A stretch of DNA of 64,000 bases from Zygnema circumcarinatum SAG 698-1b (GCA_037447605.1 CM074810.1:1832880-1896879), one strand, 5' to 3'; shown: positions 25,735 to 45,934, numbered from the stretch's first letter. Program-made: numbers and translations. The notes: generated from the sequence alone by a model not told the origin.

Positions 25735-28256
25735 GGAGACTATGTGACGCGGCAAGCGACTCACGGATCGAAAAAGTAAAAATGTTGGCAATTTGGCTCA
25801 TGGCTAGTTTATAGTTCCCCATGCGAACCGTTGGCAGTGGCCGAGAGAATTTCCTGCAGGCTTAGCCAACCGTTGGTAATGATTTGGAACCATGGCTGCC
25901 ATTGCTGACAACCATTGGCAATCGTGTTTCTTTCTCTCTCTGATAGTGCCCCAACCTACAACCACTGATACAACAAAAGCTTCCAAAAATAGAATGAGAC
26001 GCTCTCCTTTTGGCGCCCACTGATAAAACCAAAAAACGAGCAAAAAGTTCGCAATGCTTCATCGCGGCCTAGTTACAAAGTACAACGTCATCTACGCAAA
26101 AATCAAACCGAATTTTTTTGGTCAGAGAGGAAGTGGGAGTGGGAGAGCATTGATTATGGCTGCATTAACCCCTCTCCCCCCCCCTCCCCCTCCCTGTAGC
26201 GGTTGCTACACCACCCACCATGGTGCTCCGCGCACCATGTGCCCAGCCGTACGGTCGTACTGTACAGCAAGCCAGCCATACAGTACGGTCCGTTTATCTC
26301 CGTACACGTGTACGGCTAGCGTCTGTCAGAACTGGCGGACGAGCAACAACCTCAGACGCGCGTCAGAGGCGATCCCATGCCACGTGGCGCCCCGCCAGTG
26401 GCTGGCCCTGCTCCCGGTCCCTTAGGATTCGACGGGGGGGGGGAGCGGAGAGGCATTGGCGAGCTCTTAATATTAGAGTTCGCTGGAAACGAGCATCACA
26501 TGAGAGTCAAAGAGAGAGCGCTAGAACAAGAGGCAAGGGGCCTCTTGCTACTCCGTTAACTCGTTCTCCTTCACACTGCAAGCTTTCCTCGACTTCCTCT
26601 CATAAGCCTCTCCTTTCGAAGTGCTTCCCTTGTAATTTTTACGGGATCTTGGAGATTGCAAAATTCTTGCAAAAATAGTTAATCGAGTTTCATCCCTAAA
26701 GAAGTGAAAGTGATCGTTTGACCATTAGGCTTTCTTGCCTTTCCGCTGATAACAGCAAAGAGGAATCTGCAAGGGTAAGAGAGTACTTCGAGGTGATTCT
26801 ATGCACACCAAGTTTGTCGTTTTTTCAAGCATGCATATGCTAGCCTTTAATGCTAATTCCTCAACATTTAATAAGTCTTTTTGAAGGAATTTTCTTTGCT
26901 ATCATAAATGATATAAAACAATGATTATGAGCTTTATTTGATGAATGCAGAGTAACAAAGGTGTGAATCTATTGAGAGGAAAAGCGGCATGTCTTTTGAA
27001 GGTATGGATGTCTTCTTTATGTTTTTTGATCTCATATTCTTTTAAAAACTCACACAAATATTCAAGTATTTATTCCCTTATATTTTTCTCTTTAAGGCTT
27101 TTTTTTTTCCTCTCTTTAAGATTGGCTTAGGCTTTTCGTTTTCGTGATTCATGAAGGCTTGAAAGGAGGTACAAAGTCTGCTTGTAAGCTAAATGATGTA
27201 ATCTAAAGTAAGGGAAGGCTTGAAATGTTGGATGCGAAAGACTTTAAACTGCCCTAAAAAAAGGAGAATATAGTAAAGTTAACTCCTGTTTGCGCTTTAG
27301 TCCTATCTACATTGTTGCATCTTTCTTTAATGTACAACGTAAATTCAAGATTAGGTTAGGGTTCAGAGTGAGGGTTTAGGTTTAAGAGCTAGCATATGGA
27401 TGCTTAAAGAAACGATAAACTTGATGTGCATAAAATCACCTCAAAGTGTTCTTGTGCCTTTACAGATTCTTCTTTGTTGTTATCAACAGAAAGGCAAGAA
27501 TGCCTAATAGTCAAACGATCACCTTCTCCGGGGATGAAGCTCAGTTAGTTACTTTTGTAGCAACTTTGTAACCTTCCAACATAACAAATGCAATAAAAAT
27601 TGCAAGAGATGCGCTCTAAAGGGAGAAGGGAGGGGCTTATGAGAGAAAGTCGAGGAAGGTTTGCAGTGGGAAAGAGAACGAGTTAACGCTGACCAGGTGA
27701 GTGAAGAATTGCATCTTTGTTGACTTTTCAGCAGTTGGGGAAGGGAGGGGGGGAGGGGGAGGGGGAGGGGGAGGAGGAGGAGGAGGAGGAGGAGGAGGGG
27801 GAGGGGGAGGGAAGGGGAGGGGTTAATGCAGCCATAATCAATACTCTCCCACTCCCACTTCCTCTCTGACCAAAAAAATTCGGTTTGTTTTTTGCGCAGA
27901 TAACGTTGTACTTTGTAACAAGGCCGCGATGAAGCATTGCGAACTTTTTGCTCGTTTTTTGGTTTTATCAGTGGGCGCCAAAAGGAGAGCGTCTCATTCT
28001 ATTTTTGGAAGCTTTTGTTGTATCAGTGGTTGTAGGTTGGGGCACTATTAGAGAGAGAAAAAAACACGATTGCCAATGGTTGTCAAAAATGGCAGCCATG
28101 GTTCCAAACCATTACCAACAGTTAGCTAAGCTTGTAGGAACTTCTCTCGGCCACTGCTAACGTTTTGCATAGGAAACTGAAAACTAGCCATGAACCAAAT
28201 TGGCAACTTTTTTTCTTTTTTGGCCCGTGTCTCGCTTGCCCCATAGAGTAGTTTCC
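25735..28256. repeat. Large nested inverted repeat (fold-back): outer arms ~25735-26190 / ~27800-28256, inner arms ~26545-26850 / ~27380-27690
   Basis: Outer arms are near-identical reverse complements (the same pseudo-ORFs appear on opposite strands in the ORF track). Inner arms are recognisable but more diverged. Confidence 0.85.
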
Positions 28257-29020
28257 GTGTGACCCATACCAAGTCTTCCGTTGCGCATGAACTCGGATCC
28301 ACTTCCATGGTATCCACCTTATTGTCGGACACTTGATCTCATTCTACACCTGTGATGTTGATCCTGATTTTACCACTGCTCCTAAGCGGCGGCTGAATCG
28401 CGCCAACACTTGTTTCGAATTGGTGTTACGAGGTCATGTCATGAAGTCATGGCTATGTGACCCAGGGTCATGACCACGAACAAAAGGGTCATGACCATTT
28501 TCATCAGTTTGTCAAACCAAAAGCCAGTTTGTGAGTCGAGTTTTGAACCTAAACTCGACCTCCACACAACTTTTTCTCAAACAGAGCTTGCAAGGGGATG
28601 AAGGGCTTAAGCAAAACACGACATTATGAGTATAATTCTAACATGAAGAAGACTAACAAGAAGGGTACGGCCCATGCGCCTGCTAGTTTCAGTGAGGAAA
28701 TCCCTTAAATGAACAATAAAAAACTAAAAAGTGAATGAATGACTGCGCCATAGCCACCCCTCGATTCTAAAGGCTTGCTTAACCTGTGATAAAAAATCCG
28801 CAACACTTTCTCTGCCGCCTTGCCCTGCTCTGCTCTGCTCTGATACTCTACGGCTACTCTTAGAATGAATCAAAGAAAAAATTCCTCCACATCGTGGTGG
28901 CCTCTTTTTGAAGTGCTCGGAGGGCAACTTGGTCAGCGGAAACGCATGCGGAGCCTATGGGCATGCATGGGGCGCCATGCCATGCGGCCATGCATGCATG
29001 CATGGTGCGGCATGCATGCG

Positions 29021-32000
29021 TCAGCGCCACATGCATGCCTTGCGGAGGAACCTTGTGAGGGCCATGTTCCTGCGGCTCGTGCATATGACATTGGACCAGT
29101 CGTGAAACTCGTACGCGGAATGCCAACACCCTGTGAGACATATAACTTTGTCTCGGGTGGGGTCATCTGCATGCAGGAGGGTGGTAGAGGGAGAGGAGAG
29201 AGGGAGAGGGAGAGGGAGAGGGAGAGGGAGGGGAAGGAGAGGAGAGGAGAGGGCAAAGACAAAAAATGAGAGGGGGAGGGAGTAGGGGGGGAGCAGGAGA
29301 TGGGGAGGGGGAGGGAGGGGGTGGGGGAAGAGACAAAGAGAGAGTGAGTGGAGTGGGATGAAGGAGAGGGGGAGGGATAGGGGGAAGCAGGAGATGGGGA
29401 GGGGGAGGGAGGGGGTTGGGGGAGAGAGAAAGAGAGAGTGAGGAGGGAGGGATGAATACACTTCGTGGTAAGGGGAGCAGATCCAACTGGGGTTTAGGGT
29501 TTAGTGTTTTCCATTCCCCACCTTTCCAAAGCGCGAGGAAGCAGTCGTAGCCAAAGGAGTCAAACTTGTGCACTACGTCCTCCAAATTCGTCGATTTCCA
29601 TGCTCCCAATTTGTGGTAACCGAACTCGACCAGCTCAACTCTATGACTTTGGAAAGTCTTCATCGCCCCACTTAACACTAATGGGTTTTGCCTGCATGCA
29701 TAGGTTGCCCCATTTTCTTCTTAGAAAAGAACAGGCTAAGAAAAAGAATACGAAAAGAGAAGCGGAAAACGAAGGGAAGGAGGGCGAGGGGAGAACGTGA
29801 AAGAGGCAAGCCTCCTTCATTTTCACCATGCTTACTCTCTTTCTTTTTTGGATTGTATTGGACCAAGTTAAAGATGAGGACAAACTTCAAGGGTGTTGAT
29901 GGGTTTTGCAGAAAGTTTTTGGTCTCAAAATGTATCAAGTTTCATGGATGGTTTGCATAGAGTTCAAGCTTATACCCCTCCGTGTAAATTTTGAGGTAAT
30001 TGATGTGATCGATTCTATACTCCTCTACGAATTCATCCACTGTAAGCACACGAACATCAGCAGCTGCAGATGTCGATGTCTCCCCCAAAACCCTGGATAC
30101 CCATCCCACCAAAAAACATCAAACAGAAAGTTCCCAGAATTCAATCACTTCATACGCACATGAAGTAAGTGCTGCCATACAGTCGAGCATCCAAAATTTC
30201 CTCCAATAGGATGATTTCACATCACTATTTCAGTTAACCCCTCCCTTTCCTTTTCCTTGTTCTGAACTTAACCATACGGTGGAAAATGAATGGTAGCATG
30301 CTGACGCATCAACACTTATCACAGACACTGACCCTACATTTGCTCCCTTCACCACCCTCCTGAGTCTCTCCCTCTGACTCCCTCTGTTCTCTCTCCCACC
30401 TTACTCCTTATCTTGTTCTCTCCCTTCCCCTCTTCTTCCCTTTCTCTCAGAGATCGTGTAGAGCACACCTGATACCCTCATGATCTCTCCCCACTTTTCC
30501 ATCCCATCCTCCTTATCTTCCTCACTGCCAAGATACAAAATGAAACTGAAAACCCAACCCCTGTCTCCCCGGTCCCCTCTTTATAGCTAGCCCTCCCCAC
30601 CTCTCCTCTCGCTCTCCTTTTCGCCCTCTCTCTCCCACTCTCTCCCTCTCTCCCTCTCTCTCCCTCTTCCGCCCTCTCTCTCTCTCCCTCTCTCTCCCTT
30701 TCTCTCCCTTTCTCTCCCTCTCTCTCCCCTCTCTCTCCCTCTCTCTCCCTCTCTCTCCCTCTCTCCCCCTCTCTCCCCCTCTCTCCCCTCTCTCTCCCTC
30801 TCTCTCCCACTCTCTCCCCTCTCTCCCCCTCTCTCCCTNNNNNNNNNNCTCCCTCTCTCTCCCCCTCTCCCTCTCTCTCCCTCTCTCTCCCTCTCTCTCC
30901 CTCTCTCTCCCTCTTTCTCCCTCTCTCTCCCTCTCTCCCTCTCTCTCTCCCTCTCTCTGTCAGTTTAAGAGTGCGGATCTGAGACGTACGATGTAATAGG
31001 GAACATTGACATTCCACTGTGGTTGCTTGCGGCTGCAAGAAGCAGGGCCATCTTTTCATATCCTGTCCATTCCTGTCACAGAAATTCCTCTAATCTCAGC
31101 CTTTGCTTCACACAAGGGGGGAAATTTCTTAATGCTCCTTTTTAAAACAATTACAAAGCGTTTTTTTTTATGTGTAATTATTGCAAATCTGCCACGTATG
31201 GCCCAAAGTGCATCAAGCTCCAAATTTCCTTCAAGGACACATGACCTGCGAATGAGGGTGTGGTAAATGAAAAAAAATAAAAATAAAAAAATAATCTTTC
31301 CTACTCTCAGTCACCCCCTTTCTGCGGCACAGAGTGAGAGAAAAGACTTTGAGAGAACGAAGGCAAAGGGAGAGTAAGAGAAGCCTTTCTCTCCTTCTCT
31401 CACTGCAGCCTCTCTCTCTCTGTCTCTCTCTCTGTCTCTCTCTTTCTCTCCCCCCTTACCATAAAGGCAGCCTCTAAAGCAATATGCCAAAGAAAGGAGA
31501 AGGGAGAGAAACATCTCTCTCCTCTCCCTCGCAACTACTGTGGAAGACTAACTAACGAAACTAGCTAAACTAAAGTACAAATTTCAGCAGGCCAATAGCT
31601 GCTTTGTTCGGTCGTAATAAGCTGCTAATAAAGAGCCCTAATGGCTTATAAACTCACTCTGTGGTGATGAAAATTTGTAATGATAAGGAGAAAGAGAGTG
31701 GGGTTTACCTTCATTCCAACAAGCAGCTTAAAGTGAGCAATGCTCGGCTCGAGTCCGTACATGTGCACTCCTCGATCAGGGCCGTACTCTACTGCAGGCT
31801 CTGCAAAGAATAAAAAAAAAAAAAGAGAAAAAAAAAATACAAGGTTCCTCTATCAAAAGTAAAAAAGAAAAAACTTGCAATTGAAGAACCACGAGCAATG
31901 AGCAGCCAGCTTCGTTTCCGCGAAAAAAAAAAAAAAACAGAGATTCAATAGCCTTTAAAATGTCAAATTCCAGATTGCAAAATCATGTTTTCTATTCACA

Positions 32001-33313
32001 CGAGCAGTTTCTATTAATACTAAACGTTTGGATAAAAAAAAGTGAACAAACATGTGATAAAATGTGCAGCACCTTCAATTTCTATTGGCGGGTTGCAGTT
32101 TCCGCAAGTCCCGCAAATTTTCCATTCTTCTCCTTTTGCCGGCTTATACTTTTGAATGAGAATTTCGTTCCAATCTGCAGATGTTTTCCCTTCAACGAGT
32201 TTCCACAGCTGCATCCATTGAAGGAGGGTGTAACCTTGCGGGAAACAAAACAAATTGGTTCAGCACGACTTTATTTCAACAAGGGGGAAGCATGCATGCA
32301 TGCAGGGGAGAAGGAAGAAGCAGTCCAAGTTGACGGACTCATCTGCAAACGGAAAATACTTTTGTTTGATTTTATAGCTTATATAAATCAGACTTATCTT
32401 ATTTTTATATCTTTATATCTTCTTGGAAATATTTGAGTGAGAAATAGCAGCTGCGATCAGCTCATAACTACTGCCTCTGAGCAGCAAACAAAGGACCAAT
32501 CTTAAGCTCAGCAAATTCGCGATCTGCAATCACTCGGGGGGTTCAATTCAGACATAGAAAAACGATCACAGTTTTTGCATTCCCGCGGAAAAGGTGGTAA
32601 CAGTGAAACCTAAAGTAGTCCATTTTTTTCAAAGTCTGAAACCCCAAACTAAAGATAAAACTATGACTTTTTTGTGCAGGATCTTAAGAGTCTGCTAATC
32701 TTGTAAACATCAGCAATGAATACAACGACCCAAGGTCAAGCCAAGACGCAACCTCTCCCTCTCTCTCACTCTCTCTCTCACTCTCTCTCTCTCTCTTTCT
32801 CTCTCTCTCACACCTTACTAGAAAGTTCAAGCATTGCTGATCTTGCATCAGCAACGAAACCAAGGAGCAAGTTCAGCAACCTTCAGTACTTCCTTAAAAC
32901 CCTAAAACCTCACCGTTTGCTTCTCATAAACGATCAATTCAACAACTGTAATCTGACAATTGGCATTCTAAAAACCAAATGATCAAATTCCAAGCTTCCC
33001 ATGTTTATCACCTTTGTTCGCCCCAACATTGACCATAGTGACGAGCTGCTCTTTGGGATTCCACAACTTCTTAAGAAAGGGGTCCAAGTCGTCCAACATT
33101 CCGCAGCCAAGCCGAGATTGCGCATTGCCTCTGTACTCGAGAAATTCGCTCGCCTGCTGCTCGTGCTCTTTGTCAGAGCAGCCATTGCTTGCAAGGGACT
33201 CGCCTGCTCTCATTACAAGAAGGAGAAGAACGGAGAGAACAGGGGAAAGGAAGATCAGAGGGAAGGGAGGGAGGAAGAGAGAGAGATAGAGCGAGAGAGA
33301 GAGAGAGAGAGAG

Positions 33314-33364
<51 letters not shown>

Positions 33365-34011
33365 GGAGGAGGAGCCTTTACTGAGGGTTAGTTTATAGAT
33401 CCAGAGGATTCGACAGGAAATAAGAGTAAGTACGGACAGGAAATGGAAGAGAGAGTGTCAGTGAGATGCTGAAAGGTGTGAAACTATGCAGTTGCAAGAA
33501 AATTCACGATCCAGATTGGTCAAATTCCTTATCATAAGAACAGAGTTTGATGGCATCAGAGTTAACTTCAAGCAGTTCTTTGCTCCTTCTGTTGCCGCGC
33601 ACAACCTCAGCACTTTAAACCTTCAGCACTTTCAACCTTTAGCTGATCCCATCCTTTGGCATTCATCAACGCACCCATGTACTCATCCCATCTCATCCTG
33701 CTACACACATTTATATAATATCAATACATATATCAGATATATGTATCTGTATATATATCTGTTGATCTGTGCTTATCTCATCCTATCTGCATCCATGCAT
33801 CCATGCATGCATGCATGCGCGCACCAATATACTCGCGATGCTGCATCCGCTGCATGTCGCGGCTCCTTGCGCACTTGGCGGCCGCGGCCTGCAGGGAGTC
33901 CGCGAAGGCGCCCGCCTGCTGCTGCAGGAGGAGCGCGAAGTACCCCGCGACCGCCAGGAGGGCCAAGAGCACGCCCAGCAGCCGCAGCCCGGGGACGACG
34001 CTGAGCGCCAT
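29021..34011 (-). CDS. Membrane-anchored FkbM-family SAM-dependent methyltransferase, paralog A (8 exons, ~382 aa; conserved acidic residues altered)
   Basis: Exons 33825-34011, 33012-33203, 32073-32234, 31709-31800, 30990-31072, 29976-30092, 29522-29691, 29021-29166. N-terminal TM helix (LRLLGVLLALLAVAGYFALLL), VNVGANKG, YGLEPS, AAASN, VLTVDEF, YLKIYTEG, FGYDCF. Confidence 0.8.
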
Positions 34012-34288
34012 GGGGAGAGGGAGAGGGGGAGGGGNNNNNNNNNNGGAGGGGGAAAGGGAGGTGGGGGAGAGGGCGAGGGAGTGGGAGACGGAGAGGGAGA
34101 GGGCGAGGGAGTGGGGTAGGCGAGGGAGAGTGTGTGACCAACTGACAGGCAGATCCTGTGGGAGCCCGTCCTCGAACATGCAAAAATCGAACGGGCTCTT
34201 TATTACCTGTTCGGTTTCACGGTAGAACTGGAATTAGTTTAGTTTAGTATCGGTACTCTGTCAAATGAATAGCACCACCTATTTAGAA

Positions 34289-35196
34289 GGGTAGTGATAT
34301 TTCCACCCCTTTTTTGGATCCAAACACCCCTTCCCGGCCGGGCAGATTTCAAAAGGGATCAAAAACAGAAAATGCTTTTTGCACACCTTTTTGGAATCGA
34401 TACCACCCTCCATCGGCAGATTTTATTTCTGCGAAACAAGGAAAATGATAACCCGTCACCCCATTTGAATATCCCGCCTACCTGAATTTTTTTTCACGCG
34501 TGCGGTCAATCGCAGCCGTCGATTCCCTCGCAGATCGAAACACGGCAGATCACTATTTGATCGGCAGCCGGGCTCGGTCTCAGCGCATGGCACGTGCCCA
34601 CGTATCCCGCCAATTCCTCTCAAGGAACCCAAAATTTCGTATATTCAGATCTTAGACCAATCAAAAATTTCCACGTCAAAAATGTAACACGTGGCAAATG
34701 ATGATTGGCTGAGAGCAAACAAATGACGAGATCTCGGGCAGAGAGACAAGCGCACTCGCACGTGCTATTTGGCTTTGACGGGACTCGTGGGCGCTTTCCA
34801 ATCGCTAAGATCGAGCCCGGCTGCAGATCGAACGGTGATCTGCAGTGGTGTGATCTGCGAGGGAATCGACAGCTGCGATTGACACACACGTGTGAAGGAC
34901 GGACACCCGCGAACGATCTCGTGGCGGACGGATCTTCCGCTACGAGCGGATTCGGGCAGGCAGATATTTCTTTCCCTCGAAAAAAAAATTCAGGGAGGTG
35001 GGATACAGTATTCAAAATGCGGTGACGGGGTATCATTTTCCTTGGTTAGCAAAAATAAAATCAGCCGACGGAAGAAGGTGGGTATCGATTCCAAAAAGGT
35101 GTGCAAAAAGCATTTTCTGTTTTTGATCCCTTTTGAAATCTGCCCGGCCGGGAAGGGGTGTTTGGATCCAAAAAAGGGGTGGAAATATCACTACCC
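34289..35196. mobile_element. 908-bp non-autonomous TIR element (MULE-like MITE) with 8-bp TSD
   Basis: TIRs GGGTAGTGATATTTCCACCCCTTTTTTGGATCC... of >110 bp are near-perfect and ~200 bp in total. TSD ATTTAGAA at 34281-34288 and 35197-35204. Inserted ~280 bp upstream of the paralog A ATG. Confidence 0.88.
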
Positions 35197-35696
35197 ATTT
35201 AGAATACTTGTTTCGAAATTAAGATCGTTGGTCGGTAGGTTCAAGTAGAACGGCCACAGTTCCACATGGAGCATTCCTGTGTCGGCGCGTCGCGACAACC
35301 GTCAAGATCGCCGAAAATCTCCAAAGAAAAGTAAATCCCGCGATCCGCGCCGTGATATCTGGAGGTCAGAGCGGTGTAGGTGTTACGTGGTCAGAGTCCT
35401 TTCTGTGGCCACACGTGGCATGTGCTCATTGGCCACTGTCGGATAAAAGTTTAATAGCATTGAAATTTTTTGACTTCATTATCAACCAATGAGAGGTCGC
35501 CACGCTCGCAAAAAAAATTCTGCTGAAGCAAACTATTTGTGCGTTTCCAAAACAGTATCTCGCAAAACGGCTGAACATGAAAATATAGCAATGATAGTTC
35601 TGATTTGTGATCGAGCCCCTGGCCGATCGCGTGACGTGGCGTGATGTTGCGGCTACGCAAATTTACACTGTGCCGCGTCGAATTCCGGACTGAAAT

Positions 35697-36822
35697 CATT
35701 GGAAAGTTCTATTTACAGACCTTTTTTCTGAAAACAGTCACTTTTTCGCCGGGCAGCTTTTACAAAGGATTTTTTGGCGAAAAATGCTGTTTCATACTTT
35801 TTTAGAATAGATACAGGCCTTTTTTCGGGCAGCATTCAGGCAGCAGAAGGAGAGCGGGATCAAGTGAACAGGATGTTGGACATATGAAATGACAGAATTT
35901 TCTTGAAGCGTACCCCAGCCATGGTGTGGCTGGGGATTTCTCTATATCAAAAAGTCTCCTTATAGGGGGAAATGAATCGCATTGAACTCACGATGGCGAG
36001 GCCATCAAATGTACATGCTCCTTAGAGGCGAGGGACGTTCGCACTCGCACGTGCGATCCGGCTTTGAACGAGACTCGTGGGCGCTTTCACATTCGCTAAG
36101 ATCGAGCCCGGCTGCAGATCGAACGGTGATCTGCAGTGGTGCTGATCGACAGCTGCGATTGACACACACGTGTGAAGGACGGACACCCGCGAGCGATCTC
36201 GTGGCGGACGGATCTTCCACTCCGAGCGGATTCGGGCAGGCAGATATTTACTTTCCATCAAAAAAAAAATTCAGGGAGGCGGGATACAGTATTCAAAATG
36301 CGGTGACGGGGTATCATTTTCCTTGGTTAGCAAAAATAAAATCAGCCGACGGAAGAATATCGATTCCAAAAAGGTGTGAAAAAATCATTTTCCGTTTTTA
36401 ATCCCTTTTGAAATCTGCCCCGCCGGGAAGGGGTGTTTGGATCCAAAAAAGGGGTGGAAATGTCACTACCCTTTTAAAGTCTGTCAGTTTTTTTTCCTGC
36501 CATTTCCGACTGCCGTCGGAGTCGTCGGACTCCACTTTTTTCGCGTTTCGTTTCGTCTCGTCACGGTCCCAAACATACTTGTCACGTCATATGTTGCCGC
36601 GACTAATCATGTCGCTCCACGTGTTGCGCCCTTATACTTCGTAGACGCGCGCGCTTCGTACATTCAAATCACCATTCGTACACCCGACAAAAAAAGGGCT
36701 GTATCTATTCTACAAAAGTATGAAACAGCATTTTTCGCTAAAAAATCCTTTGTAAAAGCTGCCCGGCGAGAAAGTGATTGTTTTCAGAAAAAAAAGTGAC
36801 TGTAAATAGTACTTTCCAAATC
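35697..36822. repeat. ~130-bp inverted-repeat pair (35697-35830 / 36682-36822), probably the ends of an older TIR element
   Basis: GGAAAGTTCTATTTACAG..GCCGGGCAGCTTTTACAAAGGATTTTTTGGCGAAAAATGCTGTTTCATAC and its reverse complement. Confidence 0.7.
36040..36471 (+). mobile_element. Truncated second copy (right half) of the 34289-35196 MITE
   Basis: Aligns by eye to ~34750-35196 and ends in GGAAATGTCACTACCC. Confidence 0.85.
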
Positions 36823-37890
36823 ATTTTGTGACACGTGGAGAATTCGTGCTTTTGTCAGGTGTCACTACGGGTCACTTGTCCTCGACCTCCTCGCGGCTCG
36901 AGGAGCCGCTCCCATAGGCCCCACCGACAGGCGGATCCGCTCCACCGACAGGCGGGTCCGCTCCACCGACATTTTCCCTTTGTCCTGGTTCGCAGTTGAA
37001 AAATCTGCCAGAACATCGCGCTCCAATAAAGTTTTGACACGTAGACTCGTCGGAGCGATGTCTGATGTTGCTTTGCTGACACGATGTTTGTACGTCACGT
37101 CACGTCGCACTCTCCGTGATTCGCGCTTAATCAGACAAAATGCGGCCAATCAGACAGCGCCGACACAATCTGGGCTAGGGCCAAAATCCCGCGTCGTCCT
37201 GGCCGACCGGCGCGGCCGTGCAGTAGGTCCTGCCTCCGTATACTGTGCCATGGAGCGCGTTCCGCACACACCCCAAGCAGTACAGTATCGACTTCTTTAG
37301 CTTCCTTAGGATAGAGGCACACCTCTTTTAGTGCCAACAAACAAGGGTATGCTACTTCGAACTTTGAGCTTGGCAAAACTGCCAATGCAACTTGAACATG
37401 GAAACTGGACCGTACAGTTTGCGTACGGATTGGCAACAGTGCACACAGTTCCGTGAGGGCTCCCGTGTCTACGATGGAAGGAAGTTACGTGTCGGCGTTA
37501 AGAGTTATGGAGCAAAGAACAGCGTTGGGTAGAAATGTTGGAAAACAAATCAGAACAAAGAACGTCCGTACAGATATTGTATAGTCATTGTCAGTGGACT
37601 CTAGCTCAGATGCCATGCCATACATACATGGGCATCATCGGGAATTACTTCCCTTAGGGTGCGTTTCCAGGTCTGACTTCGTTCATTTAATGAAATTGGA
37701 ACTTAATTTAAGGGTTCCATACACTGGACATAGAGGTCCCCCTTTGGACCGCGAGGCTTGGGCTTATACTGGCTGCTGGAGATTGAGGAGGACTGAACAT
37801 GGGCCCATGGTCATGTCTCCTGTGGGGCCATGCATGGCATGGGGGGTCATGCCATGCCATGCCATGCGGCCATGCATGCATGGGGGCCCA

Positions 37891-44963
<7,073 letters not shown>

Positions 44964-45510
44964 GGCGGAGCGGGAGTGGGAGAGGGAGTGGGAGAGGAAA
45001 CGGGGGAGGGAGAGGGAGAGGGAGAGGAAGAGGGAGAGAGAGAGGGAGAGGCAGAGGGAGAGGGAGGGGGAGAGAGAGAGGGAGAGGGAGGGGGAAAGGG
45101 GGAAGGAGGGGGCGAGGAAGAGGTAGAGGGAGGGGGAGAGAGAGGGAGGGGGCGAGGTAGAGGGAGAGTTGAGAGAGAGAGAGTGAGAGAAAAAGGATGG
45201 GGAGTGAAGCGACAGCTCTGGCGACCTAGCAGGACCGTATGGATGTGTACGACTAGTACGGTGTACACTGTCGTACATACAGTACTGTATTTGTACAATT
45301 TGTCCGCACGGTTTGGAGGCAGTCCCTTGGCTTTGGAGTTTGACTTTTGGCCGAAAGGCAGAAAACAGAAAAAATTGAATGTCCGTACAACAACCAACGC
45401 CACGTGTGTATCGCGATGGCCATTCGGACGGCTCTCACGTAAAGAAATATGTGACCACTTGAGCCAATGCTATTTGTTCGTGGCAAGTGCAAGCGACGTG
45501 GCATTCTAAT

Positions 45511-45732
45511 TGGGGTTGTCGGACTTCAGAAAAAAAACGTCCGTAATACTAGGGGGTGTCAGACTTAACGAAATCTTACGAACAAAAAAGTTCTGTAAGT
45601 ACTCCGCCGCGCCTGGATTGCGATGTCACCGAAGCACTCGTTCTGGTCTCAAACTTACGAACATTTTTTAAGTCTGACACCCCCTACTGATCACGAAATT
45701 TTCGTAACGTTTTGCTTAGTCCGACAACCCCT
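45511..45732. mobile_element. Small MITE X (TIR (T/A)GGGGTTGTCGGACT, TSD AAT) containing nested MITE Y
   Basis: aat|TGGGGTTGTCGGACT...AGTCCGACAACCCCT|aat. Confidence 0.75.
45551..45685. mobile_element. Small MITE Y (135 bp; TIR AGGGGGTGTCAGACTTA, TSD ACT) nested in X
   Basis: act|AGGGGGTGTCAGACTTAA...TTAAGTCTGACACCCCCT|act. Confidence 0.82.
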
Positions 45733-45735
45733 AAT

Positions 45736-45934
45736 AGGGGGGTCAGACATTGGCCATGGCCTAGATTCCCGAATTTAGTATATTAAAAGTCAAAGTTCCG
45801 TGTACGAATTCCGGATCGGGATCCCCGGCTCCGCCCCCTCCAGCCGTACCAAAATGCGTACCTAGCCAATGCATAAAATTCGCCCGACAAGCTTACTCAA
45901 ATGATTTGGCCATGGTCAATATCTGACCGTCCCT
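45736..45934. mobile_element. Small MITE Z (TIR AGGGGGGTCAGAC..GGCCATGG, TSD AAT)
   Basis: aat|AGGGGGGTCAGACATTGGCCATGGCC...GGCCATGGTCAATATCTGACCGTCCCT|aat; interior is the reverse complement of element W. Confidence 0.75.

Noticed and set aside
25804-28160. Duplicated small ORFs (MLVFWFYQWAPK.., MLHRGLVTK..)
   Set aside because: By-products of the inverted-repeat arms, with no recognisable protein features.
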